Source: Candidatus Versatilivorator sp.
GTDB taxonomy: Bacteria > Acidobacteriota > Terriglobia > Versatilivoradales > Versatilivoraceae
NCBI GenBank assembly: GCA_965207735.1
Contig: OZ242296.1
Span: forward strand, 4,608,001-4,672,000
DNA: 64,000 nucleotides
Direction of reading: 5' to 3'
Each line of letters begins with the position of its first letter. The first letter of the stretch is position 1. The notes beneath the pieces are model-generated. The model worked only from the letters and a program-made list of their open reading frames with translations, searched no databases and was not told the origin of the DNA. Positions 37,988-48,414 of this stretch are shown here, one piece after another. A program made the translations under genes and the position numbers.

Positions 37988-39256
37988 ATGAGGATTCGCT
38001 TCGTACATGCCGCCGACCTTCACCTGGACAGCCCCTTCACCGGCTTGAAGGCCGCCGCGCCCGAAAACGTGGCGACCGCGCTGTATAGCGCCACCTTTGA
38101 CGCGTACGAGAACATCATCAACCTGTGCATTTCCGAAGAGGTGGACGCGCTGCTGGTGGCTGGGGACGTCTACGATGGAGCCGACCGCAGCCTGCGCGCC
38201 CAACTCAAGTTCGTCGAGGGGCTGAATAAGTTGGACACCCAGGGCATTCGCTCCTTCGTCTGCCACGGCAACCACGACCCCTTGGACGGCTGGCAGGCAC
38301 GGCTGGATTATCCGCAAAGCTGTCGCCGCTTTGGCACCGAGTGGGAAGCCGTGCCGGTGTTCGAGAACCCGAACCGAGCGGTCATACACGGTATCAGCTA
38401 CCCGAAGCGCGAGTTTACTGAGAACCTGGCCCGCCGCCTTGGAAGGGTCGATCCCGGCCCGTTCTCGATCGGGCTGCTGCACGCCAACGTGAGCAATGAC
38501 CCCAACCACGCGGCTTACGCCCCCTGCTCGCTAGAGGACCTTGCAACGTCCGGCATTGACTACTGGGCGCTCGGCCACGTGCACACCCGCCAGGTTCTGA
38601 GCGAGCGGGAACCGGCGGTTGTCTATCCCGGCAACCCACAGGGCCGGCATCCGAACGAAACCGGCCCTCGAGGTGTCTATCTTGTCGAGGTGGACGATGG
38701 CGGAAACGTGCACTCGACGTTCCACCCGATGGCCACCGTCCGGTGGGAAACGTTCCAGGTCGACATCGCGCCGTTCGAGAGGGAACAGGAACTGCTGGAC
38801 GCATTGCAGGAAGGAATGCAAGGTCTGCTGGACAGCACCGACGGCCGGTCGGCCGTCGGTCGCGTTACCCTCACCGGACGCGGTGCGTTGAACCGAACTC
38901 TCCGCAGGCCGAACACCATTGATGACCTCGTCGAAAAAATCAATGGGGAATGGGCCGAAAGGTCACCGTTCGTCTGGTGCGAACGCATTGAGGACGCAAG
39001 CGCATCTCCGTTCGACCGCGAAGCCAGGCTGAAGGGTTCCGATTTTCTGGCGGAAGTGCTGCGGACGGCCGACCGGGCGAAGACCGACCCCGCACTAATC
39101 TCCAGACTTGGCGCCGGGCTTTCCGACCTCTACCAGCACCACCGCTTTCGCCGATATTTGTCCAAGCTTGCCCCAAACGAGGAGGACATTGCCGCGCTGG
39201 TCGAAGAGGCTGAGGCCATGGCCGTGGACCTGCTTGCCGAGGACGACGACCGATGA
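37988..39256 (+). CDS. yhaO: SbcD/Mre11-like metallophosphoesterase nuclease
   Basis: ADLHLDSPF, AGDVYD, GNHD, ALGHVH, YPGNPQGRH. Confidence 0.88.
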   Translation: MRIRFVHAADLHLDSPFTGLKAAAPENVATALYSATFDAYENIINLCISEEVDALLVAGDVYDGADRSLRAQLKFVEGLNKLDTQGIRSFVCHGNHDPLDGWQARLDYPQSCRRFGTEWEAVPVFENPNRAVIHGISYPKREFTENLARRLGRVDPGPFSIGLLHANVSNDPNHAAYAPCSLEDLATSGIDYWALGHVHTRQVLSEREPAVVYPGNPQGRHPNETGPRGVYLVEVDDGGNVHSTFHPMATVRWETFQVDIAPFEREQELLDALQEGMQGLLDSTDGRSAVGRVTLTGRGALNRTLRRPNTIDDLVEKINGEWAERSPFVWCERIEDASASPFDREARLKGSDFLAEVLRTADRAKTDPALISRLGAGLSDLYQHHRFRRYLSKLAPNEEDIAALVEEAEAMAVDLLAEDDDR

Positions 39257-42078
39257 AGATTCTGAATCTGCACATCGACGGCTTCGGGCGGTTTGCAGAC
39301 CGGGCATTGGGGCCGTTCGAACGGCCCGTTACCGTCTTTTTCGGTCCCAACGAGGCGGGCAAGAGCACTCTCCTGGAGTTTGTTCGAAGGGTGTTTTTTG
39401 GATTCCCCGACGGTCGCAGCAGCAACAATCCTTACCCGCCGCTGGCCGGTGGCCGGCACGGGGGTACTGTCACCATCGTCAGCGACGCCGGTGAGACCGT
39501 CACCGTTCAGCGATTCCAGGGAACGCACGGCGGGCCGGTCAGGCTGGCCGCCGCATACGGCGGGCCGCTCCCCGACGGCGAATTGCCACGTCTGTTAGGC
39601 CACCACTCCAGGGATGTCTTTCAGAACATCTTTGCCTTCACGCTTGAGGAACTCAACGATGAGACCCTGCTGAAAGACGACACCGTCAACGCTCAGATAT
39701 ACAGCGCCGGTATGGGCGCGACGAAGCTGCCCGCATCACTGAAAGCGCTTGAGGTCGAGAAGCAATCCCTGTTCCTCAAGGGCGGCAACAAACACAAGAT
39801 CATCCAGGCCGGCAATGCGCTCAGCGAGATCGAATCCACTTTGAGACAGGTAAAACAGCACGCCGCGAAATACGGTGAACTGATGACCCGCCTCGCAGGG
39901 GTCAAGGAGGAGCTCGAACGGCTAAGCGGCCTCCGCCGGAAGCGTCAGTCGGAACTCGATCACCAGAAGCGGCTGGAGAGTGCCTGGGGTGACTGGAACG
40001 ACCTCAACCAGGCCGAGGAAGAGCTGGCCGGGTTGCCGCCCATCGACGATTTCCCCATCGACGGCGTCAGCCGACTGAAAACACTGGAGGAGCGGATCAA
40101 GACTGCGCAGGAGGAATACGACTCCGCAGACGAGGCGATTGAGGAAGCCAAAGCCAAGGCGGAGGCGGTGGTTGAGCATCAGACCATCCTCAACCATACG
40201 GACGAAATCCGAACGCTGGAACAGGGCCGTACCTTCTTCAACAACGCCGTCCGTGACTTGCCGAAGCGCAATGCTGAACTCGAAGATCATGAGAAGTTGT
40301 TGGCCGAAACCTTGAAGGATCTCGGTCCTGACTGGGACGAAGCCCGCCTGGAGAATTTCGACCTGTCCCTGGCCGTCCGCGAGGAAATCTCGCGATTCCA
40401 GGGGTGTCTGCGAAAGGCGCACGAGGAACTCGATCAGAGCAACTCCAATCTCACTCGGAATCAGACCCTGTTGGAGGAAGCTGTCGAGGCGAAGGGCAGG
40501 TCCGAACGGGAGCTCGAGGTTGCCGTCAAGCCGCCCGGTGGCAAGAACGGCGGCAAAGTGCTGCCCGCCATCTGCGCTGCCGTCGGCATGGCGCTTTTGG
40601 CCGTGGGGTCGGTACTTGGCGGGTCTGCTCTCTTCCTGGGAATTATCGGAGGCGTCGCGCTCGCGGCTGTCGCCGCATACTTGTTCCGGTCCGGCCAGTC
40701 ATCTACGGGCACTGAAATGGAACATGCGCGTCTCTCCAGGGACCTCGACAGTGCGAGAGGTTTGGCCCAGCAACGGAAGAAAAGGGTGGAGGATTCCCGG
40801 AAAGCTGTCGAAGAGGCGGAGCGTTCACTCGCGTCCGTTCAGAGAGATTGGCGGCAGTGGCTCGCAGACCGAGATCTGCGGGAGACGTTCTTGCCGGAGA
40901 CCGTGGTGGAGCTTCGCGGCAAGGTCGAACTTGGACGTGATCGATTGAACAGTCTAGGAAGCCATCGGCAGCGCATCGACGCAATACGGAAGAATATCGA
41001 TAACTACGTTGCAATGGCCGTGCCTCTGGCGTCGGACTTCGGCGCTCCCTTCGACAGGAACGAATCGAGTACCGTCAATGCCGCTGTCGCGAAGCTGATC
41101 GGACTGCACGATGAGGTCGACGGGAAGGTCAACGACCGGAAGGCAGCCGAGGAGGAATTGATCAAGGCCGAGAGCCGGTTGAAGGAGCGCGAAAGCAATC
41201 TCCGGAAGGCGACCGAGATGATGAAGGGGCTGCTCCGATCCGGTGGCGCCGCCGATGGCGAGGACTTTCGTACGCGGGCAGAGATCGTGCGGCAGAGAAC
41301 GAAACTGGAAGAGCAGCGACGCGGCGCGCTCGGACGACTGCAGCGCCTCAGCGGCCCCGGAGAGCCGCTCGAAGCCTTGAAGAAGCAACTTGCGGACACG
41401 GATTTTCAGACCATACGCGACGAGAAACGCTTGCTCGAGGAAAAAATTGAACCCGCCGACGCAGAGATAAGAGAGTTGTCCACCAAGCAGGGATCGATCC
41501 AATCCGACCTCAAGAGCCTGACCGGCGAGGAGGAGTCATCGAAGCTGCGGGCGGAACGGCACCGCCTGTTGGAGGAGATGCGCGGCCATGCGCGGGAGTG
41601 GGCGGTTCGAACCATCGCCCAGAACCTTCTCAAGGAGGCGCAAGGCAAGTTCGAGAAGGAGCGCCAGCCTGACGTGGTACGCCACTCCGAAGAGTTCTTC
41701 CGCACCATCACCGACGGGCGTTATCAGACAGTGTTTTCTCCGCTCGGCAGTTCGGAGATACAGGTAACGGATTCCTCGGGCATCTCCAAACAGCCCAACC
41801 AGCTCAGCCGCGGTACGCGGGAGCAGTTATTCCTGTCGCTGCGGTTCGGGCTGGTCCGCGAGTTGGGCCAGCGGTCGGAGCCGCTTCCGGTGATCGTGGA
41901 CGAGGCGTTGGTGAACTTCGATCCCGACCGGGGACTGCGGGCCGCGCGTGCCTTCGTGGAGTTGTCCCGGACCAACCAGGTGCTGGTCTTTACCTGCCAT
42001 CCGACGATCGTGGAACTTTTCCAAAACGCGGTGGCCCAGTCAGGTGTGCAAGAGCCGGAAGTGGTCCCAATTGATTGA
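39253..42078 (+). CDS. yhaN: YhaN-like SMC/Rad50-type ATPase with central TM hairpin
   Basis: GPNEAGKST Walker A; long coiled coils; LSRGTREQL signature; IVDEALVNFD Walker B; FTCH; overlaps yhaO by ATGA. Confidence 0.88.
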   Translation: MKILNLHIDGFGRFADRALGPFERPVTVFFGPNEAGKSTLLEFVRRVFFGFPDGRSSNNPYPPLAGGRHGGTVTIVSDAGETVTVQRFQGTHGGPVRLAAAYGGPLPDGELPRLLGHHSRDVFQNIFAFTLEELNDETLLKDDTVNAQIYSAGMGATKLPASLKALEVEKQSLFLKGGNKHKIIQAGNALSEIESTLRQVKQHAAKYGELMTRLAGVKEELERLSGLRRKRQSELDHQKRLESAWGDWNDLNQAEEELAGLPPIDDFPIDGVSRLKTLEERIKTAQEEYDSADEAIEEAKAKAEAVVEHQTILNHTDEIRTLEQGRTFFNNAVRDLPKRNAELEDHEKLLAETLKDLGPDWDEARLENFDLSLAVREEISRFQGCLRKAHEELDQSNSNLTRNQTLLEEAVEAKGRSERELEVAVKPPGGKNGGKVLPAICAAVGMALLAVGSVLGGSALFLGIIGGVALAAVAAYLFRSGQSSTGTEMEHARLSRDLDSARGLAQQRKKRVEDSRKAVEEAERSLASVQRDWRQWLADRDLRETFLPETVVELRGKVELGRDRLNSLGSHRQRIDAIRKNIDNYVAMAVPLASDFGAPFDRNESSTVNAAVAKLIGLHDEVDGKVNDRKAAEEELIKAESRLKERESNLRKATEMMKGLLRSGGAADGEDFRTRAEIVRQRTKLEEQRRGALGRLQRLSGPGEPLEALKKQLADTDFQTIRDEKRLLEEKIEPADAEIRELSTKQGSIQSDLKSLTGEEESSKLRAERHRLLEEMRGHAREWAVRTIAQNLLKEAQGKFEKERQPDVVRHSEEFFRTITDGRYQTVFSPLGSSEIQVTDSSGISKQPNQLSRGTREQLFLSLRFGLVRELGQRSEPLPVIVDEALVNFDPDRGLRAARAFVELSRTNQVLVFTCHPTIVELFQNAVAQSGVQEPEVVPID

Positions 42079-42318
42079 CACCACCGACGAAAAAGGACCT
42101 CTGGCGAAATGGCCTTGAACGAGGCCATGGCCATCCCGGCGATGGTCGCGCACGGGGGCTTCCATTCCGGCGCCCGGGGCGGTCCCGGTGGCGCCGGCGG
42201 CTTTGTTCACTGCTTCGCCGACTCTGGAGGGGGCTTCTCGCGGCAGGGATCTCTTCCCAGGGGAGCGGCCGCGAACCTGTCGGGTTGACCCCGCCGTCAC
42301 CGGCCGGGAGAGGCTTAA

Positions 42319-43431
42319 CCCGCATTTCTCAGTGCGCCATGGAAAGGCGCCTTCTTCCAACGGGTGCGAAACCCGTCCAACAACTGTCGCTCCGGATGGT
42401 AGCAGCCAGGGCGGATCATGGAGGTAACGATATGGTCTGAAGCCCTCTGGTGTCAAAGGGCCGCTTAAGGCGGTTCAGCGAGCATGCGGGCCGGAACGCG
42501 AGTGAACGTCGAGCAGGCCTCGAAACGGGCAATGCGGGGGCCGACCCACCTGAGAAATGGGGAAGGCCGAAGACGGAGGGGGAAGCGAGCGACGCGGGCA
42601 CCCCTTTGGACCCGCCGGGGTAGTGGCGCTGGCACGCATGGAAGGGGAAGAAGGCAGCAACATGGGAAGCCCTGTGGGTGGTGAGGCACGCACCGAACCG
42701 GAAGCTCGCGAGAGTCAGTCTAGGCCGACAGGGTGGCGGAGAGGCCTGTAGTACCGGAGAAGCTGGGTAATACCGGTGGAGGGAAGGGGCCTCAGGTGAG
42801 GAGCGGTGACCGAAGGGGGAAGGGTCCCGGGAGTGGCGAAAGCCTGAAACCCCGACCAAAAAAAGGGCCGGAGACTCCGGAAGCATCACATGCAAAAGTG
42901 AAAGGGTCGTCGGAGGAGGACGGCGTCGTCAGGGCATCAACAGGCCTGGCGGCAACCCGGGAGCGGAAGTGGATGGAGTGGGGGACGGGTGCCAATCCCA
43001 TAGGAGTCGTCCACGGATGCGAGCGGGGACCTGTGTGCGAGACGCATGATCCCACTGGAGAGCCGAGATGCGGGAAAACCGCACGTCCGGTTCGGAGAGC
43101 GGGGACTGGAAACGTGATAAGGGAGCCGGACTGAGGCCCGAAGCGAAAGCGACGGAATAGCCACCGGACCCTATAGTCAACGCGCCAGTCCTCGACTCTA
43201 CCCAGGCCGCTGGTGCCATGACGATAAGTAGTTTATCTTCAGTACTGTGATTGGCTCCAGGGGAAGGGCTTGCGGGTAACAGACGGCGCTGGGCATGCCT
43301 TGGCTTGTCTTTTTCCCTTCAGCGCGCACATGCTCCCTCGCGCGTAGTGACCGCTACGCTCTTCGGTCGCGAGCACGCGCTGAAGGGAAAAATTCTGCGC
43401 CATGTTCATGCCCCCTGGTGAGAAATGCGGG
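42319..43431. mobile_element. MITE copy 2 (243 bp once the intron is removed), interrupted in its other TIR by a group II intron
   Basis: Same 18-bp TIR as copy 1; TTAA duplicated at 42315-42318 and 43432-43435; internal 17-bp inverted repeat (43310-43326 / 43376-43392). Confidence 0.85.
42332..43201 (+). ncRNA. ORF-less group II intron, copy 2 (870 nt)
   Basis: GTGCG...CTCTAC; by eye differs from copy 1 by 3 substitutions and one extra A. Confidence 0.92.
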
Positions 43432-45459
43432 TTAATTGGCCTTCGCACGCTGCGCGTAGTCCCGGTACTTGCCGAAGAGGGTCACGAACCTGGTGGAGAT
43501 GGAGTCGAAATTTCTCGGCTGCACCGGGGACCCCGGGCCTGCCTCAGAACCAATCAGGCCGAGATTTCTGTTTCCTATGAAGCTGGTTCTCACCGTCTCC
43601 TGCATTCTGGACGGAAGGTAGTAGGATCGCTTGCCGATTCCAATCTTCTTGTAGTCGATGGTGAGCTCGTAGGCCTTGATGGGTGACTCCTTGGGGATCT
43701 CGGCGTCCTTGGCGCGAAACCGCACCACCTGGAAGTCCTTGAGGTCGATCCAACATTGTCCCTCATACCCGTAGGTGACGGATTTCTTGTCGCTAACGCG
43801 GAGAGTTCGTTTGGAGTGCTCGGACGCAACACTAAAGCGGACGCGCGCCACCTCGCGGCCGCTGATCTTCTCCAGGCGTTCCAGTTCCAGGGTGGCTTGG
43901 GATTCCGGGGAAAAGAGCTCGGCGATGGCGGGACCGAACTCCCCTGCCGTCTGGGGAGGAGCGCTGCTGGCGCCCACGTTCTTGTAATGCTTCTGCTTGG
44001 AGTGATAGGAGAGTTGGTGAGCCAGGAAATCCTCCTGCGTCCATCCCCCCCGACCGATCTGGCGGTAGCGGCGTGTGGTCTGGTTGCAGACGAATTCGGG
44101 CAGTGTGCGCTCATAGTCAAAGGTCTTGGCGCGAACGGTCTTGAGGAACAGCGGCCAGTTCTTGCTGGTGGGCTTGGTGCCCGGCTTCATCAGGTCTGAC
44201 GCTTTGCTGGCGACGCGCCGGGGGCGTTTCTTGCGGGCGACCTTGACCACTCGGGCCGAGGCCACGAATTCCACGACCTGCTTCTTGCACAGCAACTTGT
44301 CCGGGAGTTGGCTTGCCTGATCACAGGTGGCCCCCGCCACTTCGGTCGGCCGCAGCAGGGGGGCGTCCGGGTTGCCGGTGGCCAAGACCCGTCCCTCATC
44401 TCCCACCACCGCCCCGGTCAGGTTGGCTCCCCGCAGGTCGGTCTCCTTGAGGTCGCTCCCCGACAAAGAGGCCCCCGACAAGTCGGCGTTCTGCAGATCG
44501 GCTCCTGTCAGCAGCGCCTCGTCCAGGATGGCTTTGCTCAGGTTTGCCTGGGCCAGGGAGGCGTCGCTCAGGTCGGCCTGGGTCAGGTCGGCCTGGCTGA
44601 GATCGGCCTTCTCCAGCCGGGCCCCAGTCAGATTGGCTTGAGTCAGCAGGCTCTGGGAGAATTTGGCTTCCTGAAGATTGGCGCCGATGAAGTTGCCGCG
44701 GTACACCTCCGCCTTGGTGAAGTCGGCCTGACCGAGATCGGCCTGCATGAAGTCCACCTTGTCGGAAAAGCCGTTTCGAAAGTTGAGCCCGGTGAGCACT
44801 GCCTGGCTGAGGTCGGAGGAAGAGACCTCCACTCCCTCCCAGTTCCGCCCGCTCAGGTCCACCCCGCTGAGATTGACCCCGAACAGGATCATCCGGTTGA
44901 AGAGCGCCTGGTCGAACTCGACGCCCCGCAGGTCGGTGCTACGGATGACGGCCTCACTCAGGTTGGCTCGATTGAGCTTGGCTCCCTGCAGTTGGGCTCT
45001 CGATAGGTGGACGGCCGTCAGATCGGCGCCGCTCAGGTCGGCTTCCCGCAGGTCGGTTCGGGTGAGGGTGGCCTCGATAAGCCGGGCTCCAACCAGCGTT
45101 GCTCCCTGGAGATTGACGTCGGTCAGGGATGCCCCCGAGAGATTGGCGCCGGAGAGGTTTCTGCCCTGCAGGTCGGCCTTGAACAGATCTGCCTTGCGCA
45201 GGTCGCCGCACTCTCCCCGAAAATCGGTATTGAGTCCCTGAACCCCAGCGTCGTCGGTGCATCCCTGTTCGCCCCGGTACCTGAAACGCGGGGTTTCGCC
45301 GGTGGGTGCCTGTTGGACCGCCTGGCCTTTGGGCGGGACCGCGCCGGATCCGGGGTCTTGGGGGGAGCCGGCCACTAAGGGCCAGAGAATCAGCGCCGGC
45401 AGCGCCGCTCCCAGCCGCAGCCGGAGAGGCCTGATGGAGGTGTGGACACTCATATTCAC
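43432..45459 (-). CDS. Exported pentapeptide-repeat protein with unrelated C-terminal domain
   Basis: Signal peptide; long A(D/N)LxX tract; C-terminal DYERTLPEFVCNQTTRR...GEFG...WID beta-rich domain. Confidence 0.85.
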   Translation of the reverse strand: MNMSVHTSIRPLRLRLGAALPALILWPLVAGSPQDPGSGAVPPKGQAVQQAPTGETPRFRYRGEQGCTDDAGVQGLNTDFRGECGDLRKADLFKADLQGRNLSGANLSGASLTDVNLQGATLVGARLIEATLTRTDLREADLSGADLTAVHLSRAQLQGAKLNRANLSEAVIRSTDLRGVEFDQALFNRMILFGVNLSGVDLSGRNWEGVEVSSSDLSQAVLTGLNFRNGFSDKVDFMQADLGQADFTKAEVYRGNFIGANLQEAKFSQSLLTQANLTGARLEKADLSQADLTQADLSDASLAQANLSKAILDEALLTGADLQNADLSGASLSGSDLKETDLRGANLTGAVVGDEGRVLATGNPDAPLLRPTEVAGATCDQASQLPDKLLCKKQVVEFVASARVVKVARKKRPRRVASKASDLMKPGTKPTSKNWPLFLKTVRAKTFDYERTLPEFVCNQTTRRYRQIGRGGWTQEDFLAHQLSYHSKQKHYKNVGASSAPPQTAGEFGPAIAELFSPESQATLELERLEKISGREVARVRFSVASEHSKRTLRVSDKKSVTYGYEGQCWIDLKDFQVVRFRAKDAEIPKESPIKAYELTIDYKKIGIGKRSYYLPSRMQETVRTSFIGNRNLGLIGSEAGPGSPVQPRNFDSISTRFVTLFGKYRDYAQRAKAN

Positions 45460-45697
45460 AACGGACTCCTAAGGAATGGGTCCGGGTCGTGCCCGAAAGC
45501 CGCCCAGGTCAATCGGACGCCGGCATCCCGCCAAGACCCGTCGGAAGTGACCTCTAATTAGTAAAACTATAGCCCTTTTGGAATGGGGCCTCAAGCGACT
45601 AGCAATCGCTGGATGAAACCTGGAGTGTATCGGGGACGGGGGCAGCCACCCGGGACAACCGGGACCATCTCGTTCCGACCGGACAACAGCCTCTCCG

Positions 45698-47035
45698 CTA
45701 GCCGATCAGTTCGTCCTGCTTCTTTCTGAGCTCCAGGAGCTCCGAATCCACCAGCCTCACGTTGTCGTAAGTGATCATCCCATCTTCCGGGATGTCCTCG
45801 ATCACTTCGGCGCCGTGGGTCAGGCCGATGGGAACCAATCGTTCCTCCCGGGCTATCTCCGCCCGTTCCACCATTCCATAGGTGGCGTAGCCCCCCTCTC
45901 CGTCCAGAACGGTTCCCGCCTTCAAGGGCTTCTTGGCTGCCGCCACCACCTCGGAGATCTGTCCGATCACCGAGGCTACCGGTTCCCGGTGGATCATCAT
46001 GCGGGCGATCCCGATGGGGACTTCGTGCCCGATGAAATGTTGGGGGCGGTAGATCATGGCATGCTTGCTCCTGGCGCCGATGATCATGCCGGTAATCTCT
46101 CCGTAGGAGGCCATCGACTCCACCGGGAAGTCGTCCTGGCCCTCGACCACCGCATAGAGGCCGCCCCGCAGGCCGCGCTCTACCGGGGTGTCGTCGGGAT
46201 AAATGGAGCTGACGGCCTCCACCACCCCCTCTGTTTCCAGAATGCCGCCGCGCTCCTTGAGGCAGAGCTTTTCGGGGATCTCTCGCAAATCGGCTGTAGG
46301 AAAGTGCATCCCGCGGATGTCGGGGACCAGGCCGGTGGCATTGGAGAGGGCGGCCATCTCGATGGAGTGCTTGGTGCCGTCCAGGAAAGAGCAGAACATG
46401 CTGGCGTTGTAGTCCTTGCCCTTGAAGCCGTACATCCTGGGGACATCGTCGGGGTTGGCCTTGCGGAAGGCCAGCTTGAAGCGGGTGCCCTTGCCGGAGG
46501 CGATCAGCTTGAATCCCAGCGTCCGCGCCCAGTCGCAGAGCTCGGCGGCCAGGGCCGGCTCGTCTCCATAGGCCATGCTGTAAAGCACGCCCGCCCGGTC
46601 GGCCATCCGTTTCAGCAGGGTCCCCACCAGGATGTCGGCTTCCACAGTCACCATGACCAGGTTCTTCTTCTGTTGGATGGCTGCATAGCCGTTGGCGGCG
46701 CCGACCTCGGGGATGCCGGTGGCTTCCACCACCACGTCTACCCGGCTGCCGAGCAGTTCCTCGGCCCCGGCGGTCACGGCCGGCCGATCCAGATCCATGG
46801 CCCGGTCGATATCGCCGGCCGTTTTGGCGACCTGGACGTCCTCGCGGGAGACCCCCCCGAGGCTCAGGGCACGGACCGCCCTTTCCGGCTTGAGATCGGC
46901 AACGGCCGCGACTCGCATGCCTTTGATGCGGCAGGTTTGAGCCACGATTTGTGTTCCGAAGGTTCCGGCGCCGATGATTCCGACCTGGATAGGACGTCCC
47001 TCTCTTTCCAGTTCAGCCAGTCGTTGATGAAGCAT
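45698..47035 (-). CDS. NAD(P)-dependent oxidoreductase with C-terminal SAF domain (homoserine dehydrogenase-like)
   Basis: IIGAGTFG, VEATG, YGDEP, SFLDGTK, LDGEGGY. Confidence 0.85.
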   Translation of the reverse strand: MLHQRLAELEREGRPIQVGIIGAGTFGTQIVAQTCRIKGMRVAAVADLKPERAVRALSLGGVSREDVQVAKTAGDIDRAMDLDRPAVTAGAEELLGSRVDVVVEATGIPEVGAANGYAAIQQKKNLVMVTVEADILVGTLLKRMADRAGVLYSMAYGDEPALAAELCDWARTLGFKLIASGKGTRFKLAFRKANPDDVPRMYGFKGKDYNASMFCSFLDGTKHSIEMAALSNATGLVPDIRGMHFPTADLREIPEKLCLKERGGILETEGVVEAVSSIYPDDTPVERGLRGGLYAVVEGQDDFPVESMASYGEITGMIIGARSKHAMIYRPQHFIGHEVPIGIARMMIHREPVASVIGQISEVVAAAKKPLKAGTVLDGEGGYATYGMVERAEIAREERLVPIGLTHGAEVIEDIPEDGMITYDNVRLVDSELLELRKKQDELIG

Positions 47036-47051
47036 CTTGGAATTCCTCTCT

Positions 47052-48305
47052 CTAGCCGGCCAGCAGCGATTTCAGGCGCTCGGCCACAATCCGGTCCTCT
47101 CCGGGTCGCAACATCCAGACGGAAACGGTCAAGCCCTGCATATTGTCGGGGGTTTGGCGGTTGGGCCGCATCCAGTGGTGGCCGCCCACTTCGATGGGCG
47201 GATGGCCCTGCTTGAGCTGTCCCGAGGCCTCGGCAGTGGTGATGGTGATGCGGTCGTAGTCCCACTCCAGGCTGAGGTGGGGGACGTGGTTGGCGATCTC
47301 CGGCACAAACGGTTCCGCCAGGACGCCCGGGATGGAGGCCAGGGCGGCGGCAATGGTGTCCACCCGGGACTGGAGGAGGCGTTTCTCTGCCTGGTGGTCT
47401 ATCTTGAGATAGCGCTCCACCGCCGCCAGCAGGCCGATCATCTCCTCCTTGCCCACCTTCATGCCCCGGCCAATGCCGCCCCAGGGGCTTCCGCACCGCC
47501 TGGCGGCCATCACCAAGTCTCTGCGGCCCAGCAGGAGGCCGGAACACTGGGGCCCCAGCAGGCCCTTGCCGCCGCTGAAGGCCACCAGGTCGAATCCCAT
47601 ACTGACATACTCGGACAGCCGCCCCTTGGGAGGAACGTCGGCGGCGGCGTCGTTGAAAGTGGGAACCCCGTGCTTCTTTCCCATGGCGACCCAGGTTTGC
47701 CGATCGATCCGGCCCTTGGGGTTGAAGGTGTTGATAAAGAAGAGCATGGCCGTCCCGGGATTGATGGCGGCTTCCAACTGGGCGGTGGTTTCGACTTCCA
47801 CGACCCGGGTGCCCACCAGCTTGATCTGGGCTTCGTAGGCTTCCCGGTGTGATTTCTGGATGATGACCTGGTTGGGCATGCCGGTGGTGTCGGGCAGTTG
47901 GGCCGTCTTGTCCGGGTCTCCCCGGGTGACGCAGGCCGCGGTTCCCTGGGTAATGGCGCCGGCGGCCCCGCTGGTGACGGTGGCGGCCTCCACTCCAATC
48001 AGCAGGGCGAGGCGCTCGCCCACTTTCTCGTGGAGATCGGCCAGAGGGACGAAGTGCTGTGCGGCCTCGTCCATGGCCCGGACCACCTCGGGCGGCATGA
48101 TGGTTCCGCCAAGCCGTGTGACGGTTCCCAGGGCGTTGATGTAGGTGGGGACGCCCAGGCGGCTGTAGACATTGTCTTCCGTTTTTCGAGGCGAGGCCGC
48201 TGTCCGTTCAACTCCGGCGGCGGCCAGCAGGGTCGGAGACGTCGATAGCCAGGCCGCTCCCGACAGGAAACGGCGGCGGCCCCAAAGGCGATGTTTCGGT
48301 TGCAT
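47052..48305 (-). CDS. SelA-like PLP-dependent enzyme (DgaE-like), Tat-like leader
   Basis: INALGTVTRLGG, DAAAD, FSGGKGLLGPQ (PLP Lys), GRGMKVGKEE; RRRFL leader. Confidence 0.85.
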   Translation of the reverse strand: MQPKHRLWGRRRFLSGAAWLSTSPTLLAAAGVERTAASPRKTEDNVYSRLGVPTYINALGTVTRLGGTIMPPEVVRAMDEAAQHFVPLADLHEKVGERLALLIGVEAATVTSGAAGAITQGTAACVTRGDPDKTAQLPDTTGMPNQVIIQKSHREAYEAQIKLVGTRVVEVETTAQLEAAINPGTAMLFFINTFNPKGRIDRQTWVAMGKKHGVPTFNDAAADVPPKGRLSEYVSMGFDLVAFSGGKGLLGPQCSGLLLGRRDLVMAARRCGSPWGGIGRGMKVGKEEMIGLLAAVERYLKIDHQAEKRLLQSRVDTIAAALASIPGVLAEPFVPEIANHVPHLSLEWDYDRITITTAEASGQLKQGHPPIEVGGHHWMRPNRQTPDNMQGLTVSVWMLRPGEDRIVAERLKSLLAG

Positions 48306-48414
48306 GGCTCCTCCTCACCCTGATTGGAAATAGCAGTGGCTGGCGCCTTCCAGCGTATCAGCCGTCGCCCGCGGCTCGACTTCCAAGACTCCCCCTCAAG
48401 AGGGAGTGATACGC

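Noticed and set aside
47052-48305. True selenocysteine synthase selA
   Set aside because: No selB, selC or selD nearby, and the sequence fits the shorter SelA-like/DgaE group.
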